NCBI RefSeq assembly: GCF_023055435.1
Contig: NW_025963846.1
Span: 5,518,001 to 5,582,000 of the forward strand
DNA: 64,000 bases
Direction of reading: 5' to 3'
DNA from: Haliotis rufescens
Taxonomy: Eukaryota
In this document: positions 1-13,323 of the stretch, piece after piece
Layout: the number at the start of each line of letters is the position of its first letter
Numbering within the stretch: position 1 is the first letter of the stretch
Program-made: the position numbers and the translations under genes
The notes under the pieces: generated by a model
Told to the model about the DNA's origin: nothing
The model's input: the letters and a program-made list of their open reading frames with translations, nothing else
Database searches by the model: none

Positions 1-2579
1 CCTTGTAGAATCAAAAGTGTTTGACACTGACTGGGTTTGCTGTAGTATCAACTGGCATAACCCTTATTGTGCAAGCAGTGGACCGCGGGGTCTGGCAGCA
101 CGGTTTCTTCGCGCCTGGGGCGTTGAAGATCTCACGGGCCATCACGTCAGCAATATTGATTACCTCAGGATCCTCACACCTGGTTTGTGACAGGTCTCAC
201 TTGACTGCACTCCACTCCACCTGGTATTGGGCCTGGGATTTGCTGATGGGAATAAGCCAATCAGATTGATGCTGTTTTTTACATGAATGACATTGTCTCC
301 ACCAAACTTTTATTGATTTCCTTCCACAGCATGATGAGAAGAATTTGTTTTTAAACTGTAATCAATTGAGTTTCGAATTAGCTCCATTCACAGTCATTTC
401 AACAAACCTGCCCAGGTAATAAGTTAAATCAGTATTTGTGTAGCTAATGCAACAATTGCATGCCAGTGCTGTAATGAGAAAAACTCATTTAGTAAGACGG
501 AATGGAACCAGTGGAAATTGTTTGATTAACAGTATATCTGAAGCATGGGAGCAATTACAGCCAGACCTCACCTGCAGCCACTGAACCCATGGATCAATAC
601 AGGCATGATTCATGGTGCCAGTAATGATGTGTTTGTTGTGGAAGATATCAGTCACAGCTTGTGGTTGATGGCAGGTGAGGGGGGGCTTGCTGACTTCATT
701 AGGATGCAGATTTGTCCATGGAGATAGCGAATTCTCAAGTGGATCTGAAGTGGAATTGGATTTTTTGGGGGGTATATCAATGTCGTGGTCTTGTCGTTTG
801 AATTGGAGTCAAAAGGAAGGTGATGTGGCCATTGATTATGGAGGATGGTTATCATGTAGGGATTATATAAAGGTGGATTGTGATGTATGGATTGTGAAAT
901 GGAAGCTGGTTTTATTATGTAGGGATTGACATGATTGTTATGTAGTAATTATTGAACAGAAGGTTGTTATTTTGGGGTTAAATAATGGAAGATTCTTATG
1001 TGGTAATTATTAAACAGAAGATTGTTATGTTGGGGTTATATAATGGAAGATTGTTATGTATGGATTGTGAAATGGAAGATGGTTTTATCATGTAGGGATT
1101 GACATATGATTGTTATGTAGTAATTATTAAACGGAAGGTTGTTATGTTGGGGTTATATAATGGAAGATTGTTATGTAGTAATTATTAAACAGAAGATTGT
1201 TATGTTGGGGTTATATAATGGAAGATTGTTATGTAGTAATTATTAAACGGAAGTTTGTTATGTTGGGGTTATATACTGGAAGATTGTTATGTGATAATTA
1301 TTAAACAGAAAATTGTTATGTTGGGGTTATGTAATGGAAGATTGTTATGTAGTAATTATTAAATGGAAGGTTGTTATGTTGGGATATATAATGGAAGATT
1401 GTTATGTTGGGGTTATATAATGGAAGATTGTTATGTATGGATTGTGAAATGGAAGATGGTTTTATCATGTAGGGATTGACATATGATTGTTATGTAGTAA
1501 TTATTAAACAGAAGGTTGTTATGTTGGGGTTAAATAATGGAAGATTGTTATGTGGTAATTATTAAACAGAAGATTGTTATGTTGGGGTTATATAATGGAA
1601 GATTGTTATGTAGTAATTATTAAACGGAAGTTTGTTATGTTGGGGTTATATACTGGAAGATTGTTATGTGATAATTATTAAACAGAAAATTGTTATGTTG
1701 GGGTTATGTAATGGAAGATTGTTATGTAGTAATTATTAAATGGAAGGTTGTTATGTTGGGATATATAATGGAAGATTGTTATGTAGTAATTATTAAACGG
1801 AAGATTGTTATGTTGGGGTTATATAATGGAATATTGTTATGTAGTAATTATTAAACGGAAGGTTGTTTATGTTGGGGTTATATAAAGGAAGATTGTTATG
1901 TAGTAATTATTAAACGGAAGGTTGTTTATGTTGGGATTATGTAATGGAAGATTGTTATGTAGTAATTATTAAACGGAAGGTTGTTATGTTGGGGTTATAT
2001 AATGGAAGATTGTTATGTAGTAATTATTAAACGGAAGATTGTTATGTTGGGGTTATATAATGGAAGATTGTTATTTAGTAATAATTAAACGGAAGATTTT
2101 TATGTTGGGGTTATATAATGGAAGATTGTTATGTAGTAATTATTAAACGGAAGGTTGTTTATGTTGGGATTATATAACGGAAGATTGTTATGTAGTAATT
2201 ATTAAACGGAAGGTTGTTATGTTGGGGTTATGTAATGGAAGATTGTTATGTAGTAATTATTAAACGGAAGATTGTTATGTTGGGGTTATATAATGGAAGA
2301 TTGTTATGTAGTAATTATGAAACAGAACGTTGTTATGTTCGGATTATATAATGGAAGATTGTTATGTAGTAGTTATTAAACGGAAGATTGTTATGTTGGG
2401 GTTATGTAACAGAAGGTTGTTATGTAATAATTATTAAACAGAAGATTGTTATGTTGGGGTTCTATAATGGAAGATTGTTATGTAGTAATTATTAAACGGA
2501 TGGTTGTTGTGTTGGGGTTATATAATGGAAGATTGTTATGTAGTAATTATTAAAGGGAAGGTTGTTTATGTTGGGATTA

Positions 2580-3054
2580 CTGTAAAGAGGGAATCTTTTG
2601 CGACCGTTTTATTTTGGCGAGTTTTGCGAACGAGACTCAATCGCAAAAATTAAAAACGCAAAAATAAGAATAAATAATACATACATACTTTATTCATTGC
2701 AATACGTCATCAAATGTTGAAATCATCAACCAGAACCACAAGTTACTCAATAAGTTAAAAACACAAATGAATGCAGAATGGTCACACAATACATCACAAA
2801 TGACAGTGTAAACAGATCAATTAGTGTCTTCTTATATAGTTTGTATTCAAACTCACAGTCATGACACTGAGTTGAGTCAATTATCGTATTTGATAATTGG
2901 TCGCAATCCCTTCCGGTTTGGAGAGAATCTGTCTATTGTTTGGTAATCTAGGGGTCATCTCAACACGGCAACTCGCAAAAATATCTCGTCGCAGTATTGT
3001 CTTTGGTGTGGTATTCGCAATATTTTAACGGCGCAGAAATAAAGCTGTTTACAG
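2580..3054. mobile_element. Tc1/mariner-superfamily-type MITE (475 bp) inserted in the satellite
   Basis: Ends CTGTAAA...TTTACAG are flanked by TA (2578-79 and 3055-56). Removing the element and one TA restores the satellite unit ttgggatTAtataatgg. Confidence 0.85.
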
Positions 3055-3560
3055 TATATAATGGAAGATTGTTTTGTAGTAATTATTAAACAGAAGATTG
3101 TTATGTTGGGGTTATATAATAGAAGATTGTTATGTAATGATTATTAAACAGAAGATTGTTAAGTTGGGGTTATAATATGGAATATTGTTATGTAGTAATT
3201 ATTAAACGGAAGGTTGTTATGTTGGGATTATATAATGGAAGATTGTTATGTTGTGATTATTAAACGGAAGATTGTTATGTTGGGGTTCTATAATGGAAGA
3301 TTGTTATGTAGTAATTATTAAATGGAAGGTTGTTTATGTTGGGATTATGTAATGGAAGATTGTTATGTTGGGGTTATATAATGGAAGATTGTTATGTAGT
3401 AATTATTAAACGGAAGGTTGTTTATGTTGGGGTTATATAACGGAAGATTGTTATGTTGGGATTATATGATTGAAGATTGTTATCATATAGGGATTATAGA
3501 AAGATGTTTGTGATGTTGGCATCACGTAATGAGGTTAATTTAATGGAGGATGGTTATCAT

Positions 3561-3824
3561 GTTGTTTGTTTATTGTTTAACGCCACATTCAGCAATATGC
3601 CAGCTATTTTACGATGGTCTGTAAATAATCGAGTCTGGACCAGACAAGTCAGTGGTACATAGCAAGCGCATCGATCCACGCAATTGGGATACAATGACAT
3701 CCATCAACTTAGTCAGCAAGCCTGACCACCCGATCCCGTTAATCGCCTCTTGTGACAAGCATAGTCGCCTTTTACAGCAAGCATGGGATGCTGAAGACCA
3801 ATTCTAACCCCGATCTTCACGGGC
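3561..3824 (-). mobile_element. SINE-like retroposon, family A (no tRNA head)
   Basis: Matches the copies at 15235, 36718 and 41609. Flanked by tatcatgt direct repeats. Confidence 0.85.
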
Positions 3825-6274
3825 CAACTATCATGTAATCGCAGGAAGGGGAATTTATAATGGAAGCTTGTTATGTAGGGAATATATAATGTAGGAAGTA
3901 TATAATGAAAGATTGTAATCAATCAGGGCATATATAATGGAAGATTGTTATGTTGGGAATATATTATGGAAAATTGTAATCATTCAGGGCATATATAATG
4001 GAAGATTGTTATGTAGGGAATATATAATGTAGGGCATATATAATGGAAGATTGTTATGTAGGGAATATATAATGTAGGGCATATATAATGGAAGATTGTT
4101 ATGTTGGGAATATATTATTGAAGATTGTAATCATTCAGGGCATATATAAAGAAAGATTGTTATGTAGGGAATATATAATGTAGGGCATATATAATGGAAA
4201 ATTGTTATGTTGGGAATATATTATGGAAGATTGTAATCATTCAGGGCATATATAATGGAAGATTGTTATGTAGGGAATATATAATGTAGGGCATATATAA
4301 TGTAGGGCATATATAATGGAAGATTGTTATGTTGGGAATATATTATGGAAGATTGTAGTCATTCAGGGCATATATAATGGAAGATTGTTATGTAGGGAAT
4401 ATATAATGTAGGGAGTATATAATGGAAGCTTGTTATGTAGGGAATATATAATGTAGGGAATATATAATGGAAGATTGTTATCAGGTAGGGAATATATAAT
4501 GAAAGATTGTAATCATTCAGGGCATATATAATGGAAGATTGTTAGTTTGGGAATATATAATGTAGGGAATATATAATGGAAGATTGTCATCAGGTAGGGA
4601 ATATATAATGAAAGATTGTAATCATTCAGGGCATATATAATGGAAGATGGTAATGTTGGGAATATATTATGGAAGATTGTTATCATTTAGGGAATATATA
4701 AATAAACATTGTTATGTTTGGAATATATTATGGAAGATTGTTAACATGTAAGGAATATATTATGGAAGATGGTTATCAGTTAGGGAATATATAATTGAAG
4801 ATTGGTATCATTGAGGGACTATATAATGGAAGATTGTTATCATCTAGGGAATATGAAATGGAAGATGGTTATCATTTAGGGAATATATTATTGAAGATTG
4901 TTATGTAGGGAATATATAATGGAAGATGGTTATCATTTAGGGAATATATTATTGAAGATTGTTATGTAGGGAATATGTAATGGAAGATGGTTATCATTTA
5001 GAGAATATATTATGGAAGATTGTTATGTATGATGTAGGGAATATGTAATGGAAGATGGTTATCATTTAGGGAATATATTATGGAAGATTGTTATGTATGA
5101 TGTAGGGAATATGTAATGGAAGATGGTTATCATTTAGGGAATATATTATGGAAGATTGTTATGTAGGGAATATATAATGGAATATTGTTATCATGTAGGG
5201 AATATATAATATATTATGTAATGGAGGATGTTATCGTTTAGGCATTACGTAATGGAGGATGTTGTCTTGTGTGGATTATGTAATGGAAGATGGTAATAAT
5301 GTAAGGAATACAATTTGTGTAATGTAGTACTGTTACCACGTAGGGGTTATATAAGGAATATATGATGGAATGTGGTTATTGTGTAGGCATGATATAGAAG
5401 ATTGTTATCATGAAGGGTGATGTCATGGAAGATTGTTATCAAGTATGGATTAGATCATGGACGATTGTGATGTAGTTATTATGCTATGGAAGATGTCATC
5501 ATGTAAGGATTATTTATCATGAGACAACCCAGTTGTTAGGGTGGCTGCTGATGCCTATGTAAGTCTTGGTTCCCTCCCCATATGGAACACATCTCATCAC
5601 TGCCTAGCTTCTACGGCTCGAGCCACTGTCTCGCAGGACAAACACAGAGCTTCTTCTTTCATCAGCTGTATTGAGATATTCCACTTTCTACCAATCCATG
5701 CCACGTGACAGAGGAGGACCTTGATATATTTGCATGAGTGCTGGTGCCCCTAGATATGAAATGGCATATCCCATTATGTTTGATTACTGTTAGGAGTGGG
5801 ACAGCTTAATGAGGCAAACACAGCCACAGTAATTAAATTGGAGTGATAGAGACTGCTTCTGTAACGCTTGGAATAAACCGCTTAATCCTGGGGTGAGCTG
5901 ACGAATCAGGAGTGGCCATGCTGCAGACACACCAATATACTGCTGGAATCAATAAATGATTGTTGGTTGGCATCTCTCTTACAGTTGAGAATTTGCATCC
6001 GACTGCTGAGTATTGAGTCAGGAAAGCTCAACTAGCCACAGTCAAAGGCAGCCCATGTTCCCTGGTTCTACTTGGTCCTAATTATTGGCGGAGGTGGAGA
6101 GAGGCAATTGATGCACTCACAAATGGAGCAACGCTTTTTCTCCACTATCTTCCCACAAATCCCAGGCTGTATGTCATAAGTGAATCAGGGTGACGGGATG
6201 GACTGTGGGTGGGGGTTACTGGTGGAGGTGGGATGGAGTGGGGATGGGTTTAGCTCTAGGATGCTAATTAGGTA

Positions 6275-6530
6275 GTTGATCCTAGAAATGGTAGGCTTCA
6301 CACAGGGTTTGGGGTTGGGTGATCCAAGACATTGTAGGCTTAAGTCAGGGTTTGGGATTGGGTGATCCTAGAAATGGTAGGCTTCAGACAGGGTTTGGGG
6401 TTTGGTGATCCTAGAAATGGTAGGCTTCAGACAGGGTTTGGGGTTTGGTGATCCTAGAAATGGTAGGCTTCACATAGTTTGGGTTGGGTGACCCTAGAAA
6501 TGGTAGGCTTCAGATTGGGTTGGGAATCAG
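6275..6530. repeat. G-rich tandem repeat, ~43-bp unit
   Basis: gggtttggggtttggtgatcctagaaatggtaggcttcagaca repeated about 5-6 times. Confidence 0.85.
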
Positions 6531-6585
6531 TCAGTGTTTTTGATGGCTAATCACAAGAATAGTCGATACCAGACAGGGTTTGGGG

Positions 6586-6808
6586 TAGGGCTGGGACGAG
6601 TTCAAATTTACTACCCAGGTACCCACCCTCCTATTACCCAACACTACCCGGGTACCCACTGTAGGTCTCAAGAGATACAAAATATCTAATTTTTGTCATT
6701 AAACAATACATCACGTGACTAACCATGGGTCCGGGTAGTCCTGTGGGTACCAGAGTCCGACTCAGTACCCTACTGAACCAGGTACCCGAGATACCCGTCC
6801 CAGCCCTA
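6586..6808. mobile_element. hAT-type MITE (223 bp)
   Basis: TIRs TAGGGCTGGGACG / CGTCCCAGCCCTA. Perfect 8-bp TSD gtttgggg at 6578-85 and 6809-16. Confidence 0.88.
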
Positions 6809-8849
6809 GTTTGGGGTTGGGTACTATGTGGGTGATGGATGAAGGCTGTACATTGATCAGCTTTATCAGACTATGATTTTTATAATTGAAAACAAAATAT
6901 AGGAAATAAAAAAGATATGTTTCTGATGAGTAACACATACATGATATAATTCTATCAAGTCCTGGGCATGTTTTTCAGCTCAAGTAATTTGTTTGTGAAA
7001 TATCGACATTGTCTTGTTAACGGTCCAACTAAAGTAAGCCTTCTGCTGCTGTGCCTGCACAGCTTGCTGTGTATACAACATTAGAAAGATGGGCCAACTG
7101 AACATGTAACTGAAGGAAAATCGATATCAAAAATTGCAAAATAAGTCATTTTTGGCTGGAGGATTAATAATTTGGTCTGCCTAATAGTGTTTTAAGCACA
7201 AAAGGTTTAAAATCTGTACCTTAATGTGGAATTAATTTGAGTGTGTTTTCATTCTTCCCTGGTCTCCGACCTCCAAAATGCATCAAAACCTCAGAATTAT
7301 TGTTCTAGGATTGATTTTCATTCCTTGTACAAATTAAATATGATTATCTTCAGATGGGAATGGTGCATCTGTTTCTGTGCAGGTTGCTATTGGGAGGTTG
7401 GGCTGGAGCAGTGTGTCTTAGGGATGCTAGATATGGCAGTCTGTGTCAAATGTAAACAGTGGAATTGACTTGCTCCTTGAGGTCTGGTTATTATGTGTTA
7501 TTAGTTTACCTGTACAAAACAACAGCACTCTGAACATTTAACCACTTCCATGTACACACTAGAGATGTATCTTGCAGAAAATCACCTTTTGTGCAGAACT
7601 CGTGCAGAATGTAGCATTTTGCTGAAGCGTAATTGGTCAAATACACATTTTCCATGCAAATTAAAAACTGGTCCTCAATAAGTAAAATTTACATAAGCTT
7701 TCACAAACAACATGTGAATGAATTGTTTTTGTATTAAAGAACATTCTACTATAGATTGTTTAAAATTTTAACATTATTGAAGTGTTTATCTCAAGTGAAT
7801 CCAACTTTTGTATTGTGACTTACGCTAAATGCATGTCTTCCTGTATCATGCTCTGACTGTTAGTTCATAAAACATGGATACATTTATCAAAAAAGGCTTT
7901 TATTCATGGAAAAAAACCAACTTACTGTATGAGGTTGTAGGGCTGTGTGCAGAATTCATGAAAATTGGTTGTAGAATATATCAGAATTTACTTCAGACGT
8001 TTTATATTTTTGTTTGGCTGTAGAATTCAGCAGGGACTGGTACTTTATGGTTTAGGAACAGCTTGAGTTTTATGTCCTTTGAAAGCAAGACACAAAGGTT
8101 CAAGGATTGGAAACTTTTTCTTAAAGTGAACTACACTAGGATTATATAGATTCTCTTTGTTGATGGACTTCCACATGTAGCGAATCCATCTCCTAATAAA
8201 GTTAAATAATTTGTTTGTCGCACATAAACAGTTTTTACATCAGTCTTTGATGATGACAACATTGGAGTCAGCATCTGTGAATATTTTCACCAGTCCATTG
8301 AAATTCACGTTTTGTGCAGACTAAGTGTCTACAGTTCTGTGTTTATTTCATAATAGTTGAAGGTGCCCGCAATATATTCACTCACCGAAACATGAATACC
8401 ATACATGTTGGTTAATATAAGAAGTATTACTCATATTTAAGAGATATTAGATTGGTTCGATGCACAAACGAACATACTGTTATGTTGTGTGAACCGACGA
8501 TCATGAATTCATCACATGTGACGTCATAGACTTGAGAAGTGTCATTTGTCTCGTGCAGGATTAGCATGTAAAGTTTTGGTAATCATGTGGAGGATATTAT
8601 GATAAGAATAAAAACTCTCTGTAGTAACACTTGACTGATTGTTAATTTGTACACATTGGAAACATTTCTTCGTAATGGACATACTTCTCTATATGTTTCT
8701 ATGGTATGTGTATGTATATGTGCATGCATGCGTTACCATGCAGAACCGCTTCAAGTCCTTTAAAGCTTGGTTAACTACATTGTTCCCTGATTTGTTTTGC
8801 CAAACCATGTTTTGTGTTATGATTGTAAACAATATTATCATCTAAATAC

Positions 8850-9096
8850 GGTTGGTTGGTTGGTTGGTTTGTTGTTTAACGCCGCAGTCAGCAATATTCT
8901 AGCTATATGACGGCGGTCTGTAAATAATCGAGTCTGGACCAGACAATACAGTGATTGATATCATGAGCATCGATCCACGCAATTGGGATCGATGACATGC
9001 ATCAACCAAGTCAGCGAGCCTGACCACCCGATCCCGTTAGTCGCCTTTTACGACAAGCATTGTCACCTTTTATGGCAAGCATGGGTTTCTGAAGAC
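8850..9096 (-). mobile_element. SINE-like retroposon, family A, 5'-truncated
   Basis: (GGTT)n tail plus the conserved family A body. Confidence 0.85.
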
Positions 9097-9352
9097 GGGA
9101 AAGTCGAATGTGTAATTAAATGTTGGTTGGTATCTACCAATGGTTCTCATCATAAAGCAGCCATCACTCTATCTTGTTACTAGGATCATGGATGTAGAGA
9201 CCAATGTAAGAATGTGATTCGCTTGCTTAAGTTAGTACTAAAGTGTTTGTAGGTGCAATTAACATATTTTGGCCAACAATGCACTGCACCACCCTGATGG
9301 GTCGCCATTTGTTTACTGAAAGTGAAAATGGTTTCAGAGTGAAGTCCCTTTC

Positions 9353-9575
9353 CAGAGCTCCAGATAAGCTTTTGGCGTTGTGGGTATTTTACCCATGCAT
9401 TTTAAAATCATTGGGTATCAGTAATTCTATCTGGGTATTCAAATTTCTGTTACCCACTAGTTTTTACACATGTGGGTATTTAAGTTAAATATTTAAAAAA
9501 CACTATTCATCTAGTCCCTGCAAACTGGTGTTGTGTGGTGTCGTGGAGTTTGGCAAGGTTGATGGAATGTCTGTT
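9353..9575. mobile_element. Partial copy of the non-autonomous DNA transposon at 26288-26793
   Basis: Begins with the TIR cagagctccagataag and is near-identical to 26288-26470. Confidence 0.75.
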
Positions 9576-9952
9576 TCCATGTAATGCTGATGGCATGGGT
9601 TCAACTCCCAACACAGATGAGATCTAATTATTGTAACCCCTGCCATTGATATGGCACAATTCCTCAGCCCCTCACCCCCCGATTTTTGGGGGTCACAACA
9701 CACCCTTTGTCAGATGGCCTAAACTATACCAAATGTACATATCTGAGTCCTGCCATGAAGCCATCATGTTATATAGTTAAGTTTAGAAAAAAAATACTTA
9801 TAACAACTTCCTTTCAAAATGTCATCCCTAAACAATAGCCATGAGACATTGCCATGAGACAACCCAAAACCTTTCTTTCTAAATATCCCTACCTGATTTG
9901 AAAAGTGTACATATTTTTAAAACTGACTGACACTGACTCTTGTGTGTTACAG

Positions 9953-12900
9953 GAGAGAGGAACTATCACTGCACATGGCCGGAATGTGGCAAGTCCTTCC
10001 GGCACTCGGACAACTTGAAGGTGCATCAAAGGCAGCATACCAATGAGAAACCCATCAAATGTACAATGTGCAGCTTCTCCTGTCGGCAGAGGAACTCTTT
10101 ACAGTGGCATATCAAGAGGCATCACACACAAAAGCCAGGAGAAGATTCTGAACAGCCACGCGAGCCCCCCGTTTCTGGGAGTAGTGAAAACAGCAATGAA
10201 CCGAAAGTGAATGGTGTGGCTCCTACTCCTCCTACAGCCCCTGCTGCTGCTGCTGCTGCTTCTGGTGCTGCTGTTGCTGATGCTGCTGCTGCAGCCACCA
10301 CAAGTGAACAGTCTACCAGTGGAAAGCATGAAAAGGGAATTGATCTGTATGACTTCAATGATGATGATTCTGGTGATGACCTTCCAGTTGTATTCCGAAG
10401 GGACAAGCCAAGAGTTCATACCCTCACACGAGAAGCTCTTGATCAACTTCATGAAGCTGCCAAACTTGAGCCTAAACCCAACCCTCTGCCAGAGTGGGTG
10501 AAATCTAATGGAGATGCACCAAAGGAGGAAACAGAGAAAGCAGAGGCAGAGGCAGAGAAAGAGAAAGAACCTGTAAAGACACCTCCTAAAAAGAAGAAGA
10601 AAAAGGTCGTGTCTAGCAAAAAGGTTTCTCCAAAATCTGTTAAAAAGGTGAAGTCACCTAAAGGAACTAAAGCATTGAAATCAACCAAGTCATCCACTCC
10701 TCCTAAATCTCCTAAAGCAACAGCAGCTCCGAAAACTCCAAAGTCACCCAAGTCGCCCAAGTCTCAGGGAATGAAGAAGAAAGTTAGTCCAGAAGTAGCC
10801 AAGAAGAAAACACCAGTATCAAAGAAGAAAGTCTCTCCACAAAGCAAGAAGGCAGCAAAGAAGAAGTCTCCTACTAAGAAAAAGGAAACAAAGCCTAAGG
10901 GTAAAGCATCTGTGAAGAAAACAAAGACTAAAAAGGCAGCTGCTGTTGAAGAAGATAAACCTGAGGAAGCGGTGGAAGAGAAGGAAGCAAGTGATGAACA
11001 AGAGAAAGAACCTGAAGCTGAACCACAACCTGTAGCTGAACCTGAAGCTGAAGTTGAAGCTGAAGCTGAAGCAGAAATCCCAGTTGAACCTGAGGTTGTT
11101 CCAGAACCTCAACCTCTATCTCCACAGACTCTCCATAAACCACAAAGTCCAGAGAGTGATGACAGCTCACCAAGTCCACATAGCCCCCACAGTGACCGCA
11201 GTGTGTGTAGTCCACTCCTCAGTGACAATGAGAGTGAGGGTCAGCCTCAGCCTCTTCCTGTTGAGCAGGAGGAACGAGAAGAGGAACACATTGAGGAGAA
11301 GCAGGAGAATCTGGAGGAAGCCTTCGAGGAACTTGAAGTTCCTCCTGTTATTGAAGTTCCCAAAGAAGAGGCCATGTCTCCTGGACAAGCTCAACAAGAG
11401 GCAATTGATAGATCACTTGAGGAGAATCCTATCATTGATGATTCTACTCTGAAAGATCTGAACTCACAACAAGATGTGAGGCAGTACTCACCAGCATTGG
11501 TCGAGGAACCTGAGGAAAAGATTGAAGAACAACAAGGAGATGATGAAGAACAGAGGGTCTCCTCTGATGATGAAGTCCCCAATGATATTCTCCTGACTCC
11601 ACCACGAGCACCTGCTCCTCCTCCACCTCAGAGCCCATCAGAGGAGGAAGAGGAGGTGGAGGAAGTGATGCAACCTGTGCAATCTCCTCTCCCTGCGCCT
11701 GTCTCTGTCTCTGTTCCTGTTCCTATTCAAGAACCACTCTCTCATCCTGAACCTATGTCCAACCAACCCTTGTCCAATCAACCTTTGTCCCAAGTGTCGC
11801 AAGATCAGCAGCAACCGTTGCCTAGCGTGGAACCTCCGAAAGATGATGCTCAGCCACCACCACCACCACCACCACCTCCTCAACCAAGTGCTCAATTCCC
11901 TCATCAGGCACCTGAATGTGACAAGGATTACTTGGGGCAATATCTCCAGGACCTAAATGTACCTGGCAACACCCCAAGAGAAGCTGTTCCAGATGAGCCC
12001 AACCGTCTCCAGAGGCTGGAAGAACTGGCGGAGAAGCCTCATGAAGACAGTAGAGATATCCCAAGAGCAGCATCTGTGGCCAGTAATGTTATCACTCACA
12101 CAAGTATGCAACCATTTCATGACATGTCCCATAAACGCATGGAAATCTTGGCCTGTGATCGTTCTCAAGAACAACACTTCCAGAGGGACACAGCATCTGC
12201 GCTTCCACGACTGCCAGACCCTGCCCCATTCGAAACATTTAACCCACTCAACTCAATTCATAGTGTATCTAGAGAGAATAATTTCTTGCGTCAAAATGAA
12301 AATATCTTTTCTGCACAAACCACAGGTAGTAGTTTCATGAGGCTGGGCGAGAGTGAGGCCATGAGGCAGAGAATGACCACACCTTTCTTGCCTCAAAATG
12401 ACAGAACTGCCATCTCACGTCTCCCAGACACAGCGCTGAGACCAACTAACCCAGCTCTTCTTCGCCGACCAACAACCATGCCAAGTACGGACATGTTTCC
12501 TACGCCTGCCATGTCTCAGACCATGCAGAGGAACCCCTTCACCAACACATGGTCGGGCCAGGAGGTCCGGCCCCCTCACTGGCCACAGGCTCCATACTTG
12601 CAGCGCACAATAGATAGACAGCCGAACACCACACCTGCAACGCTCTTTGCCAAAGACAACTACCTCGCCAGTCGCGACTTTATGTTTGACCCCTCTAGGA
12701 CAATGACAGAGCGTAATATGTTTGCCAGTCTCTCATCTCCGCAGCCCCAGAGAGAACTGGCACCAGAGACGTTTCCACTTGAATTGAGTTATTTCGGAAG
12801 TCATCCGTACTCAGGAACTGCTACATTAGACTATAGTAGGCCACCGTGTGGAACTGCCACTAAAACTTTCGACGAGCGTTATCGTCAGACTGCTGGTACA

Positions 12901-13323
12901 GCCATGAGTGACTTCCGAGGTTTGCCCCAAACTTCTTCCACTGATGTGTTCAGTGGAATTGGTGTAAATAGCAGTTTCAATTTAGACAAATATATGTACC
13001 CCAGAGACCCTGTGTATCATCCGCAACATGTTGGTGACAATACTAATAGTGCTTTCCTAACGCATAGTACACCCACTCAACATTCTGTGTTTGACAGGGA
13101 ATACCCCCATCGTAGCCTTTACCCTCATCAAAACCCCCCGTATCCATTTCTAGAAGAGAGGCAGTACTCGACGGCAGCCAAACTGACTCATTCAGCGGGA
13201 CCCACGGTCAACCAAGACCGGGACTTTATGGCCCGACCCAACACGGCGGAGAGCCAGATGCCCCCGGATCCATACCGATGTGGGGTGCTCTACAATGTCA
13301 TGAATAGATATTCATTTGAATAG
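9953..13323 (+). CDS. Terminal coding exon (~1120 aa) of a C2H2 zinc-finger protein, ZFP91/ZNF692/ZNF653/ZNF276-like; upstream exons not identified in the window
   Basis: Acceptor tgtgtgttacag|GA splits the finger linker (phase 1). Two C2H2 fingers: CTWPECGKSFRHSDNLKVHQRQH and CTMCSFSCRQRNSLQWHIKRH, the second resembling the ZFP91-family CRQKASLNWH finger. These are followed by a Lys/SPK-rich region with PPKKKKKK, a Glu-rich region and a Pro-rich region. Stop at 13321-23. Confidence 0.88.

Larger units (their letters stand above)
850..5500. repeat. Tandem satellite, ~58-bp unit (two diverged ~29-bp halves; core TAATGGAAGATTGTTATG), degenerating toward both ends
   Basis: Repeats such as ttgttatgttggggttatataatggaagattgttatgtagtaattattaaacggaag recur at 58-bp spacing (e.g. 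1981 and 2039). The + strand is very C-poor. A variant unit occurs after ~3850. Lies in the intron upstream of the zinc-finger exon. Confidence 0.92.

Noticed and set aside
21-929. Short ORFs at the window start as possible upstream zinc-finger exons
   Set aside because: No C2H2 pattern or convincing splice-phase match was found. Upstream exons probably lie outside the window.
7558-8040. Possible hAT-like element (gcagaa-rich ends)
   Set aside because: Could not establish matching TIRs or a TSD by eye.
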